Below, piece after piece: positions 1 to 13,845 of a stretch of DNA of 64,000 nucleotides; position 1 is the stretch's first letter, and the number at the start of each line of letters is the position of its first letter. Location of the stretch: positions 203,980,001 to 204,044,000 of the forward strand of contig OZ024742.1 in assembly GCA_964016885.1 (NCBI GenBank), read 5' to 3'. The notes beneath the pieces are model-generated. The model saw nothing but the letters and a program-made list of their open reading frames with translations. It did no database searches and was not told where the DNA came from. The position numbers were made by a program, and so were the translations under genes. The stretch comes from Eledone cirrhosa. Lineage: Eukaryota.

Positions 1-2143
1 AAAAGTTGTCCCTGTTTCTAGGGCATCGCTAGGCCACGCACATTCACGCGTCTTCACAATTTGTAAACTAGCCATGTTGGTGAAGAAGAGTTGGAGAAAA
101 AGGATGAAAGGTGCACTTACCTTTTCGTTTCCTGGAGATCGGGTTGTTCAATCTCCATGTGGGTGCTGGATGGGGTGTTGGGTGGGGTGGGGAAACATTT
201 TAACAGGACGCGGTTGATGGGTTTCTGGCAGGGGTTGCCCACGTCCTGTGAAAATTTATTTTTCAGGTCATTATAGGTTTCCATAGAAACCCTTATAAGT
301 TTAAATTGTGGAGACGATTCTGCCTTGACGAAAGTTTTGCCCTCCGTCTCCACCTTGGGGTTTTGAGAGATGACCTCCATGAAACTCTTGTTGTTTGTGT
401 TGATGTATGCGTATTGTTGTTTGTGTTTTTGTTGTGTTGTTTTAGTTTGTTGTTCGTCCGGGAGTTTTCTTTTTATGGTGGGTGCTTGTGATTTGGGTGG
501 TGTTGGTGTTGGTGTTGGTTTTGCTGATAGGGGGATGTTTGACTGTGGTGTTGTTTGTGTCTGTGGTTGTGTGTTGGTGTTGGTGATTGGAGTTTTGGGG
601 GTTTTGTGGTGTCTCTTTTTTTGTTTTTTAGATTTCCGCGGCTCTCCCTCTTCTTCACTTAAAGAAGGAAAAGCAGCTTCATCCGTCGATGAATAATCAT
701 CGTTAGGTGTGTGAGGTAGGGGTACGTTGTGTGGTGTTTCGGTGTGTGTGTTTGTGGTAGTGTTTGATGGAGTGAATGGGTGGGGCTGTGTTCTTCAGGG
801 GTTTTTTCTGTTGTTGGTTAAGTGTCTGTTTGTTTTAGTGTGGTTGCTCGTTTCGTCTGTCGTTGTACTTGTGGTGGTGGTGGTTGTTTTGGTGTTGGTG
901 TTGGTAATAGTGTTTTTTTAATGATGTTGTTGTGTGTTTGTGAAGGACAAGAGGCTTTTAGGTGTGCTGTGCTACCACAGCGAAAGCAATGACATTTTCG
1001 TCCTTCTACAGAAATATTTATTTTGTTGTTATCATCGATGACGACTCTTTCGGGTATTTTGGAGATTCTCTCCGGTCTCATTTGCAACAGAATCTCCAAA
1101 TCAGTACCCGCCCACCTTTGTCTAATAGATTTTCGTATCGAAAGAATCATATCAGTTTCTGGCTCTACGAAGCCAGCCAAGATCCACCAGATGTTAATGT
1201 TTGGGGGTATATTTTTTATTTTTATTTTTTGTGTCCTTTTTCCCATGTATGTAGGGAAAAAAGGTGAATGCTTTTGACACCACTGGTGTCACAGAATGTT
1301 TTTGGGCGAGTGACTCGCTTTTAAACAGTACGGAGACACTTCCGTACTGTTTACCTCTTTGGAGAAAATCGATATTTGCTAGAATTTCCTTGAAAGTAGC
1401 TTCTATAGCTGCTTGACTAACACATATCGGCTTTCTCGTGGAATTGGACAGTCCTAAAAGTGACTGATCTTCGAACTGTGTCTTCCTTTATTTCAAGGGG
1501 TGAGTTAATTCTAAACCCACAAAGTTACAAATTTTCTCCCTTGCTGGAGCATATTTCTTGCATTGGAGATGTCAAGATTTATAAAATCTTGTTTTTTGTT
1601 CACTGTTTCAGCGAAACACATTTTCTTTTTTTGTGTGGTGTTGCTGTTGTTGTTGTTGTTATCGTTGTTAGCCTCGGTGTTGGAAATCTCAGTTCCTTGA
1701 CGGGGTGAAACTTTATGTGTAGATGTATCAGTAGAGTTGTTGATGTTTATTTCATGTGTATGTATGTTAATAGGTTTAATTTCTATGTTTTCATGTGAGT
1801 TGGTGTTAAGTTTCTCCGCTTCGACGGTAGAAATTGTACAATTTTCGAGTGGTAAAATTTGTTCCTCTTTGTTGACAGTCGTATCTATGGCGACGTCCAT
1901 AGTAACAGAAGCAGATATAACGTTAAAATCTGCCTCTTTGTCTCTCCTTTCTCTATTGACGTTCTCCAGCGTTCCCTTCGTGTTATTCATGTTTTATAAT
2001 TTGCAAAATTTAATATTTTAAAACAATTTTTAAATTAAATTTTCGCCCCTGGTGAAGGTCTAGTTGTCCTATTTCAAGCGTTAACCTAATATATTCCTTC
2101 CATATACTGTACCGAAGGTGTTGCTAATTCTGTTTACCTTTTA
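1..2143 (-). mobile_element. L1/Tx1-type LINE, 5' part (fragmented ORF1 and start of ORF2), runs off window start
   Basis: ORF1 pieces at 1511-1990, 818-1246 (zinc knuckle CFRCGSTAHLKASC), 473-658 and 117-380. ORF2 start at 75 with APE motif NVRGL. Homologous to 54540-55830. Confidence 0.85.
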
Positions 2144-2166
2144 CACACACACGCACACACACACAC

Positions 2167-2260
<94 letters not shown>

Positions 2261-2954
2261 CAATATATATAGAAACACACAGATACATGCGGACACACAC
2301 ATATACATGAATGCACCCGCACCCAACCGTGAGTTAAGGGTGCCAACTTCACCGATGTTGCTCAATGAATGACTGGGACAGACCTCGCAAGGACTCTATA
2401 TCTTTATGATGTATTCTTTTTGTTTATGCCACGAAACTACGTAGTCGAGGAATCTAGGAGCAGTTTAGGTATGATACATTGTATTACTAATTATATCTAA
2501 ATGTTTCTTCTCTCTTCATAATGTATTTTTAACTCTGATACTGGTTCAGTCTAGTTCAACCGGATTGGTCTGTCCCAGTCATTCATTGAGCAACATCGAT
2601 GAAGTTGGCACCCTTAACTCACGGTTGGGTGCGGGTGCATTCATGTATATGTGTGTGTCCGCATGTATCTGTGTGTTTCTATATATATTGTTAATAACTC
2701 CCTCTGGTCGAGCAATCTTTGAAGTGTGGGGACTGCTGGAAAGCTTCCATTACTCATACTTCTCGCCTCCTTCACCACCTCTTCTACGGCTTCGATATAA
2801 ATACGCCCTCCGCCTCCGTGGTATTTTCTTCGGGGTTATAAGAGGTTTAGCTCTGTTTCTGGACCGTTATATCGCGTGACTATCTCCACCTCCGCCTTTT
2901 GGGATTCTTTCTCACGTCGTGTAGACGCGTTCTTGAGACTAGTAAAATGAGGTA

Positions 2955-3044
2955 TCCTCTTGATAAGTCGGCAGACCTCGCAAGGACTCTATATCTTTAT
3001 GATGTATTGTTTTTGTTTATGCCACGAAACTACGTAGTCGAGGA
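2955..3044 (+). ncRNA. Type I hammerhead ribozyme, U3-A8 core variant, long stem II
   Basis: TCCTC-TTGATAA-GTCGGCA...TGCCAC-GAAA-CTACGTAG-TC-GAGGA. Stem I TCCTC/GAGGA, palindromic stem III ACTACGTAGT, predicted cleavage after GUC (3039). Confidence 0.8.
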
Positions 3045-3548
3045 ATCTAGGAGCAGTTTTAGGTATGATACATTTTATTACTAATTATATCTAAATGTTT
3101 CTTCTCTCTTCATAATGTATTTTTAACTCTGATACTGGTTCAGTCTAGTTCAACCGGATTGGTCTGTCCCAGTCATTCATTGAGCAACATCGATGAAGTT
3201 GGCACCCTTAACTCACGGTTGGGTGCGGGTGCATTCATGTATATGTGTGTGTCCGCATGTATCTGTGTGTTTCTATATATATTGTTAATAACTCCCTCTG
3301 GTCGAGCAATCTTTGAAGTGTGGGGACTGCTGGAAAGCTTCCATTACTCATACTTCTCGCCTCCTTCACCACCTCTTCTACGGCTTCGATATGAATACGC
3401 CCTCCGCCTCCGTGGTATTTTCTTCGGGGTTATAAGAGGTTTAGCTCTGTTCCTCGACCGTTATATCGCGTGACTATCTCCACCTCCGCCTTTTGGGATT
3501 CTTTCTCACGTCGTGTAGACGCGTTCTTGAGACTAGTAAAATGAGGTA

Positions 3549-3638
3549 TCCTCTTGATAAGTCGGCAGACCTCGCAAGGACTCTATATCTTTATGATGTA
3601 TTGTTTTTGTTTATGCCACGAAACTACGTAGTCGAGGA
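3549..3638 (+). ncRNA. Type I hammerhead ribozyme, family A
   Basis: Same motif 594 bp downstream of 2955-3044. Confidence 0.8.
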
Positions 3639-3707
3639 ATCTAGGAGCAGTTTAGGTATGATACATTTTATTACTAATTATATCTAAATGTTTCTTCCCT
3701 CTTGATA

Positions 3708-3737
<30 letters not shown>

Positions 3738-3741
<4 letters not shown>

Positions 3742-6700
3742 CGTTTCTGAATTTGTTTAGCAAGATTCTTTATCTGAAATCGTGTGTTGAAACCGATATT
3801 GTTATACTTTGGGAGGGTCATGTTGCCAATAAGAAACACACGCACCAGTTGCTTTCACTTCAATTTATTATAATAAATTTATAATAAACTTATAAATTTA
3901 TAAATTTCTGGTTGGTGGGTTGGTTCCACAACCAGATAGTTGTTTATATATAGTCATAGTTCTTTCGTCACACACTCTGTGACCTCTTCAGTGACTGGGG
4001 ATTCCTTTCTTTGTTTCTGTGCCTCTCCTTTGTTCTGTCCTACGCCATTTTGTTTCTGTGTGTGTGTTGTGTGTTCAGTCTGCGCATGCGCCACATCCGG
4101 GTGTCTGTGTGTGTTTATGTTCATTTATTTATTTGTTTATTTACATGTTACTGGTTGGTTGCTTGTTCTATGTGTGTGTGTGTTTTCATTTTGTCCTTAA
4201 TTGTAAGTTGTGATGTTGCTGTTCCACTCATATTTTCTATTTAATTTTGGTTGTAATTTTTTTATGTTTATTGCCTCTGTAATTTGTCTAAACATTGCGT
4301 CTTTTCTGTGTGTAGATTCTATTTTTATTTCTATGTTCTCTAATTTACCCTTGTGTTCTATTTTAGCATGTTGGTAGAGTACAGATGATTCTTTATTATC
4401 TTGAAGGTCTCGCCAGTGTTCATTTATCCGTTCCCCTACACTACGGGCTGTCTCACCTATGTACACTATATTTTTGTCTCTACATTGTCCTTCAGTACAT
4501 CTTATGCTATACACTACATTTCTAGTTTTACAGTTAATATGGGGGCTTATTTTACAGGTTATACATTTCTTATCTATACATGAGGGTCTTTGAAAAGGGT
4601 ATGTCTTCCTAATAAGTGTTTTTAAGGAGGTACCTGGTCTTTCTACTATCTGAATATTGAGTTTATGTTTATTTAGGGCCCTTCTAAATTTGTAAGCTAA
4701 TTCACCTCTAGGGGTTGTATCGATGAACATTACACTCTGGTATTTATTGCTATCATACCATGATTTTATTCTATTAGCCTTGTTCCTAGTTCTTTCTATT
4801 CTATTCCAAAATTTGCTCCTATATAAGGGGCAGGTCCCATTTATGTCATTATTTACCGTTTTATCTGATTTTATCTCTCTGATTGTAGCCAGAGAACTGC
4901 ATACGGTGGATGAAGTGTTGTATGTGTCTCACTAGTTCTTCGGGGTTGCACATGCGGGACACGTTTCTCATCACCCGTACCAAATCCGCAATCAGTATGT
5001 TGATTTTGGTATGGTCCGAAACGGCCGAGTTTCGGTGGATCAGATGTTTGGAAGTCATGGGTTTGGCATAATGGGAATGGAGGATTTGTTTTTTGTTGTT
5101 AATGGTATCTAACCAGAGCTCTGTGTCTAGTACAGGTAATCGATGGTTGGGGTGTTTACTTGGGTAGTCTATAGTAACTCTGATGCTCTGGTGGATGGAG
5201 TTAGCTATTTGCTGGATGCTTTCCATTGTGTTTTTCTCTAGTTCCTGACTGTCCTCTAGTGGGGGTGTCTTAACTACGATGTTTATATCATCTACGTAGC
5301 GGGAGTACATTATCAGGGTTAAGGGGTCTTCTAATTGTTCTTTAAGTTTAAGTTTAAGTCTACTGTCCCACCATACCATGAATAAGTTAGCTATGTCGCC
5401 TGCAATGCTAACACCAATGGCTGCTCCTTCCTCTTGGGCATATGTTTTTCCATTAAATTTGAACATATGTTCCTTAAGGGTTAGTTTTATGCTGGCCCCT
5501 ACGGCATGTGCAATCATGTTCTTCAGTTCATCGTGGTTTTCGGGTGTCCTTATGGCTCCGGTCCACACGTTCCATCTATCTGTGTGGGTTTTCTTGGCCT
5601 TTGAGGTAATGGTAGGTGGTCTGCCTCTTGCTGCTCTTGTAGGGCACAGGTTGCTAAGGTCATATGTGTCTAGGTAATTATTACTATAGGTAAGCCTAAG
5701 TAGGAGTCCCAGCTCACTGGTATCAATCCCAAGGAACTCAACCTTGCTCTCACTGATCATTTCTACGCATTAGATGGATACAGGGACACAACATCCATAC
5801 TGCCTATTATGCAGTTTGTTAGGTCCCCAGATCGGTTACTCACGCCGATTCTGCTGAGGAGGTCCTCCGTGCTGTCACATACATCTGGGGATATTTCAAT
5901 GATGGGGCGTATGATCAGGGAGAGGAAGTAGGACAGTCTGTAGTTACTAGCAATGATTGCTCCACAGACTGGCCGTGTTGGTGGTCCCGCGACAGGGTCA
6001 CAGCCCGTTTTATGGTCTTTTCGAAGCCCATACAACGCCGGCACGTCATTGTTCTAGGCCTGGAAGTTGTTGGCAGTCCTTTTGTTGGGCTGCATTATAT
6101 TCGTCCACATCACCATATGGGCATTGAGGGCTTTTTCTCTATCCTCATGCTCCTGTGGTGTTACCTCTCTTGTGTTAGTGATGTGGGGTTGCATTGCCTG
6201 GATGTAGTTTGGCAGGCTGTCAACCGACATTCTGCCAGACTTGTCTGTTGGAAAGCATGCTATCTCTCCATTACGTGAGCGCTGCATGAGCTTACGCAAG
6301 CCATTTGCAGATTTATCTCCCAGTTGCTGGGCCTCCATTCTATTATGCTTCTTGCTATACTGTTCTATAATATTTCTAAGTTCGGATCTAGCTATACTAA
6401 ATTGTGCTTCTGTTTGTTCATCGACCTGCGACGGCAATTGCGTGCGTTTGTTAAATGGTAAAATCGTGGCGTGGACTCGTCGCAGGTCAAATGATTTATC
6501 GGAGGGATTATAAAACGTAGAGTTCCAGGCTGCTGCTTTATGTGTACTAGTGCTATTGTTATTGTTAGTTGTGTTGTTTCTATTTCTATTTCCACCAACA
6601 GCCTCATGGTTGTTTCTATGTCTCTCACAATTACTCCTGTCTCTTTCCACTGGCTCATTGTTGTTATCTACCCTATTTTGTGTGTCTGTGTGTTCGTCTT

Positions 6701-6930
6701 GGTTATTCTCTTTGTCCTTAGTCTCCCTTCTCTTTTTAATCCTATTACTTTCCCTTATTTCTGTGATTTCTGTGCTACTGTCATTACTTGTTTTCTGTGT
6801 ATGTGTGTTTGTTAAGATTATGGTGGTGGTGAGAGGCATTGAATGTGTGTGTGTTGTTGTTGTTGATGTGTGCTGTTGTTGATGCGTGTTGTTGTTGTCT
6901 CCGTGTGTGTTATTGTTGTTGTGTGTGTTG
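3738..6930 (-). mobile_element. Penelope-like element, left arm of inverted dimer (defective RT plus GIY-YIG, pLTR)
   Basis: ORF pieces 6054-6839, 5763-6044 (LYGLRKDHK, SMDVVSLYPS), 4861-5760 (QEEGAAIG, RYVDD, LPVLD) and 4197-4730 (VVY...YIGET). 3' pLTR with HHR ends in (TA)n. Confidence 0.93.
3952..3996 (-). ncRNA. Minimal type I hammerhead in PLE pLTR
   Basis: Minus strand AGTCA-CTGAAGA-G-GTCACA-GAGTG-TGTGAC-GAAA-GAAC-TA-TGACT. Confidence 0.8.
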
Positions 6931-9660
6931 TTAAATCATTCGACCTGCGACGAGTCCACGCCACGACTTTACCATTTAACAAACGCACGCAATTGCCGTC
7001 GCAGGTCGATGAACAAACAGAAGCACAATTTAGTATAGCTAGATCCGAACTTAGAAATATTATAGAACAGTATAGCGAGAAGCATAATAGAATGGAGGCC
7101 CAGCAACTGGGAGAAAAATCTGCAAATGGCTTGCGTAAGCTCATGCAGCGCTCACGTAATGGAGAGATAGCATGCTTTCCAACAGACAAGTCTGGCAGAA
7201 TGTCGGTTGACAGCCTGCCAAACTACATCCAGGCAATGCAACCCCACATCACTAACACAAGAGAGGTAACACCACAGGAGCATGACGATAGAGAAAAAAC
7301 CCTCAATACCCATATGGTGATGTGGACGAATATAATGCAGCCCAACAAAAGGACTGCCAACAACTTCCAGGCCTAGAACAATGACGTGCCGGCGTTGTAT
7401 GGGCTTCGAAAAGACCATAAAACGGGCTGTGACCCTGTCGCGGGACCACCAACACGGCCAGTCTGTGGAGCAATCATTGCTAGTAACTACAGACTGTCCT
7501 ACTTCCTCTCCCTGATCATACGCCGCATCATTGAAATATCCCCAGATGTATGTGACAGCACGGAGGACCTCCTCAGCAGAATCGGCGTGAGTAACCGATC
7601 TGGGGACCTAACAAACTGCATAATAGGCAGTATGGATGTTGTGTCCCTGTATCCATCTAATGCGTAGAAATGATCAGTGAGAGCAAGGTTTAGTTCCGTG
7701 GGATTGATACCAGTGAGCTGGGACTCCTACTTAGGCTTACCTATAGTAATAATTACCTAGACACATATGACCTTAGCAACCTGTGCCCTACAAGAGCAGC
7801 AAGAGGCAGACCACCTACCATTACCTCAAAGGCCAAGAAAACCCACACAGATAGATGGAACGTGTGGACCAGAGCCATAAGGACACCCGAAAACCACGAT
7901 GAACTGAAGAAAATGATTGCACATGACGTAGGGGCCAGCATAAAACTAACCCTTAAGGAACATATGTTCAAATTTAATGGAAAAACATATGCCCAAGAGG
8001 AAGGAGCAGCCATTGGTGTTAGCATTGCAGGCGACATAGCTAACTTATTCATGGTATGGTGGGACAGTAGACTTAAACTTAAACTTAAAGAACAATTAGA
8101 AGACCCCTTAACCCTGATAATGTACTCCCGCTACGTAGATGATATAAACATCGTAGTTAAGACACCCCCACTAGAGGACAGTCAGGAACTAGAGAAAAAC
8201 ACAATGGAAAGCATCCAGCAAATAGCAAACTCCATCCACCAGAGCATTAGAGTTACTATAGACTACCCAAGTAAACACCCCAACCATCGATTACCTGTAC
8301 TAGACACAGAGCTCTGGTTAGATACCATTAACAACAAAAAACAAATCCTCCATTCCCATTATGCCAAACCCATGACTTCCAAACATCTGATCCACCGAAA
8401 CTCGGCCGTTTCGGACCATACCAAAATCAACATACTGATTGCAGATTTGGTACGGGTGATGAGAAACGTGTCCCGCATGTGCAACCCCGAAGAACTAGAG
8501 AGACACATACAACACTTCATCCACCGTATGCAGTTCTCTGGCTACAATCAGAGAGATAAAATCAGAGTGTATAGAGGAGCCAGAACCAAATGGGAAAAAA
8601 TGGTAAATAATGACATAAATGGGACCTGCCCCTTGTATAGGAGCAAATTTTGGAATAGAATAGAAAGAACTAGGAACAAGGCTAATAGAATAAACTCATG
8701 GTATGATAGCAATAAATACCAGAGTGTAATGTTCATCGATACAACCCCTAGAGGTGAATTAGCTTACAAATTTAGAAGGGCCCTAAATAAACATAGACTC
8801 AATATTAAGATAGTAGAAAGACCAGGTACCTCCGTAAAAACACTTATTAGCAAGACATACCCTTTTCAAAGACCCTCATGTATAGATAAGAAATGTATAA
8901 CCTGTAAAATAAGCCCCCATATTAACTGTAAAACTAGAAATGTAGTGTATAGCATAAGATGTACTGAAGGACAATGTAGAGACAAAAAATATAGTGTACA
9001 TAGGTGAGACAGCCCGTAGTGTAGGGGAACGGATAAATAAACACTGGCGAGACCTTCAAGATAATAAAGAATCATCTGTACTCTACCAACATGCTAAAAT
9101 AGAACACAAGGGTAAATTAGAGAACATAGAAATAAAAATAGAATCTACACACAGAAAAGACGCAATGTTTAGACAAATTACAGAGGCAATAAACATAAAA
9201 GAATTACAACCAAAATTAAATAGAAAATATGAGTGGAACAGCAACATCACAACTTACAATTAAGGACAAAATGAAAACACACACACACATAGAACAAACA
9301 ACCAACCAGTAACATGTAAATAAACAAATAAATAAATGAACATAAACACACACAGACACCCGGATGTGACGCATGCGCAGACTGAGCACACAACACACAC
9401 ACAGAAACAAAATGGCGTAGGACAGAACAAAGGAGAGGCGCAGAAACAAAGAAAGTAATCCCCAGTCACTGAAGAGGTCACAGAGTGTGTGACGAAAGAA
9501 CTATGACTATATATAAACAACTATCTGGTTGTGGAACCAACCAACCAACCAACCAGAAATTTATAAATTTATAAATTTATTGTAAATTTATTATAATAAA
9601 TTGAAGTGAAAGCAACTGGTGCGTGTGTTTCTTATTGGCAACATGACCCTCCCAAAGTAT

Positions 9661-9665
<5 letters not shown>
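6931..9665 (+). mobile_element. Penelope-like element, right arm of inverted dimer
   Basis: Near-identical reverse complement of about 3797-6499. ORFs 6870-7376, 7386-7667, 7862-9007 (RT) and 8994-9263 (GIY-YIG C-terminus). Ends in (TA)n. Confidence 0.93.
9464..9508 (+). ncRNA. Minimal type I hammerhead in PLE pLTR
   Basis: AGTCA-CTGAAGA-G-GTCACA-GAGTG-TGTGAC-GAAA-GAAC-TA-TGACT. Confidence 0.8.
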
Positions 9666-9757
<92 letters not shown>

Positions 9758-9759
9758 CT

Positions 9760-9790
<31 letters not shown>

Positions 9791-9964
9791 GTACATTAAT
9801 ATAGACATACATACATACATATATACATACATACATGTGTGTATTGTATATTGTACAAGAGAAAATAAAGGGCCATTATTGTTAGATGAAAAATTAATGT
9901 TGAAATAATGTGGTTTCAAGGATGGTATTATTTGTGATTTTGTCAGATGACTGAACATTCATGG

Positions 9965-10960
<996 letters not shown>

Positions 10961-11294
10961 CGTCGCATTCGTCTTTATTCTTTTCCCCAATTAAATGTCA
11001 GCGTTCATGATTGCAAGAAATGACTTTTACATATGTCGGCAGTTTCTGTACAACTTGAAAGCTGAACATCTTACATTTTTTTCCTAGATTCTGGTGGTTC
11101 CTGTTGCTGCTGTTGCTGCTGTTGCTGCTGCTGCTGATACTGCTGCTGATGATGATGAGGATGATAATGATGATGAAGATGACGAGGTTGTTGTTATTGT
11201 TGTTGCTGTTGTTGCTGTTTAGCTACAGGTCAAATCTGTTCGAACAGAACTGTCAGAAAAGGTCTTCGTACAATCACTTTCTTTCTTCTTCAAA

Positions 11295-13500
11295 CATAAT
11301 GTATCTAGGACTACATTATTTAATGTGTCTTATCATATATTCAGACTTAGTGTATCTAGGACTACATTATCTAATGTATCCATTGGTATATGTAGATATA
11401 ATCTACCTAATACTACATTAACTAAAGTATCCAATCATATATTCAGACATAATGTATCTAGGACTACATTATTTATTGTGTGCTGTCATATATTATTCAG
11501 ACTTATATATATATATATATATATATATCTAGGACTACATTATCTAATGTAAGAGTGACAAACACGTTTGACCTTGCGAGCCAGATGGAGCATAAACTAG
11601 GTCCCGCGGACAAAAAAATCAACAGGGTGTAATTCATGATTTAGGATATAAGATTTTGCTTAGTTATAAAAACTGCGAAACCATTTTTCTGGTTTGAGAA
11701 CTGATGAGGGTAAAGATGTGTGTGTGTGCGTAAACTTGTCTTATTCATCGTCTTTCTTTATTTCCTATTCCGGTCACTTCTGCGCACCAACACACTTCTC
11801 CTTTCCCTCCTCCTCTTTCAATTTTTTTCTATACTTCATCTGCCTGTGACCCACCTTGTGGATAGTCTCTCTGTCGACCACTGGCCGCTGATCTCTGTCT
11901 TTGACAGCATCTAGCTGTTTTAACGGCGGTCCTAGTGATGAGTTTTCTCATTTTTATATCTATTCAAATACACACTCGCTTCGTCTCGATCAGAGATAAC
12001 ATTATCTTTTCATTAAAACTATGTTTTTAAAGAAATCAGTTAAAAAGCCAATGGCGGAGATATTTGTTTCTATTTCACCTGAAATAAAGGACCTGCTTTT
12101 CTACTTAATTTCTTTAAAATAACATTTTAACTCTGTCCATGTTCTTTATTTGGCATAATGGAATTTGGTAGATATTTAAAAAAATCTGAAATAAAATTAT
12201 TTGTAAAACTAAATAAGCTTCAAGCGAAAGCAGTACAATCACTGACAAGAATAAACAAGATTAACTCAAACTGGGATGTGTTGCACGTTCCACCTTGTTG
12301 ACTATATGGATTTATAAACTTATTTTTCATTGGTTCGTATAACAAAAGATTCGTTAAGGTGAATTAATTTAACTAATCATAACTGGAGTCAATCACGACT
12401 TTAGTCAAACTCCGGCTTTGAACGCATGCTAGCGTAAAACCGGAATGACAGCAGCCCGAGTGAGATGGGGTGGCTATTGCAGCGGGCGTCGCCTACGCCA
12501 ACTTGTCCGCGGGTCGTAGCTGAATCATACTGCTAAGATGGGAGTGTACACTCTGTCACTTTCTCCCCTTTTCTATTTCTTTCGTTGCTTAATTCCTTTT
12601 TTCTTTCAGTCTTTTCCTTTTTCGTTTCCTTATTGCCATTTAAATTGTAGTTTTTCCATTAATTTTTTTCTTTGCTTTGATAAATATTATTTTTTAATTT
12701 ACAGAATATTTGAAGAATGGAAAAAATAATAATTTAAAAAAAAATAAACTGAGCTGCAGGCCGGACTAAGAAATAAAGGCGGTGGGCCGGACTAAAAAAT
12801 AAAGACGGCGGGCCGGACTAAAAAATAAGGCCCAGGCCGTGTTTGACACAACTAATATGTTTCCAGGCTAAAACTATATTATCTAATGTATCAAGCCATA
12901 TATTCAGACATAGTGTATCTAGGATTACATTATCTAATGTGCCCAGTCATAATTTCTGACCTAATGTATCTAAGACTACATTATCAAATGTGTCCAGTCA
13001 TATATTCAGCCATAAGAGTATCAAGGACTATATTATCTAATGTGTCCAGTCTTATATTCAGTCATAAGTGTATCAAGGACTACATTATTTAATGTGTCCA
13101 GTCATATAGTCAGACATAGTGTATCAAGGACTACATTATCAAATGTGTCCAGTTATATATTCAGCCATAGTGTATCTAATACTACATTATCAAATGTGTC
13201 CAGTCATATCTTCAGACATAAGAGTATCTAGGACTACATTATCAAATGTGTCCAGTCATATATTCTGACATAAGTGTACCTAAGACTACCTTATCAAATG
13301 TGTCCAGTCATATATTTAGCCATGGTGTATCTAAGACTACATTATCAAATGTGTCCAGTCATATATTCAGACATAGTGTATCTAGGACTACATTATCAAA
13401 TGTGTCCAGTCATATATTCAGACATAAGTGTATCAACGACTACATTATCAAATGTGTCCAGTCATATATTCAGACATAATATTCCGAAGAGTACATTATC
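11295..13500. repeat. 51-52 bp minisatellite (11295-11549 and 12870-13500) interrupted by a MITE
   Basis: Unit TAGTGTATCTAGGACTACATTATCAAATGTGTCCAGTCATATATTCAGACA; period 51 at 13323/13374. Confidence 0.9.
11550..12853. mobile_element. Non-autonomous hAT-like DNA transposon (MITE)
   Basis: Imperfect TIRs AGAGTGACAAACACG / CGTGTTTGACACAACT and subterminal GGCCGGACTAA repeats at 12760-12820. Splits a minisatellite. TSD not resolved. Confidence 0.6.
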
Positions 13501-13574
13501 CAACATATCCTTGTTTTATTTTTTTACGAAAGTAGTTTGAGGTAGATCAGGCATCTATTCCTCGTAGATCTGGC

Positions 13575-13651
<77 letters not shown>

Positions 13652-13778
13652 ATTGCTGCTGCTGTTGTTTTTATTGCTGGTGATGCTGTTGCTGTTATTG
13701 CTGATGCTGCTGTTCCGGTCTTGACCATTCCATTGTTTTTTCCCAAACATAGGGATATATAATTATTTGAAGATATAT

Positions 13779-13845
<67 letters not shown>

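Larger units (their letters stand above)
2259..3712 (+). mobile_element. Retrozyme-like family A, locus 1 (about 2.2 tandem 593-594 bp units plus an inverted 126 bp piece)
   Basis: Direct repeat period 594 (2565 vs 3159). 2259-2384 is an inverted fragment joined through shared CAGACC. One HHR per unit; (TA)n on both sides. Confidence 0.8.

Noticed and set aside
2565-2879. 75-104 aa ORF present in four family A units, with one in-frame 3 nt indel
   Set aside because: Many differences change amino acids (L/Q, P/S, P/L, A/P, G/V) and no domain is recognisable; recent amplification explains its persistence. A dN/dS test on more copies could reopen this.
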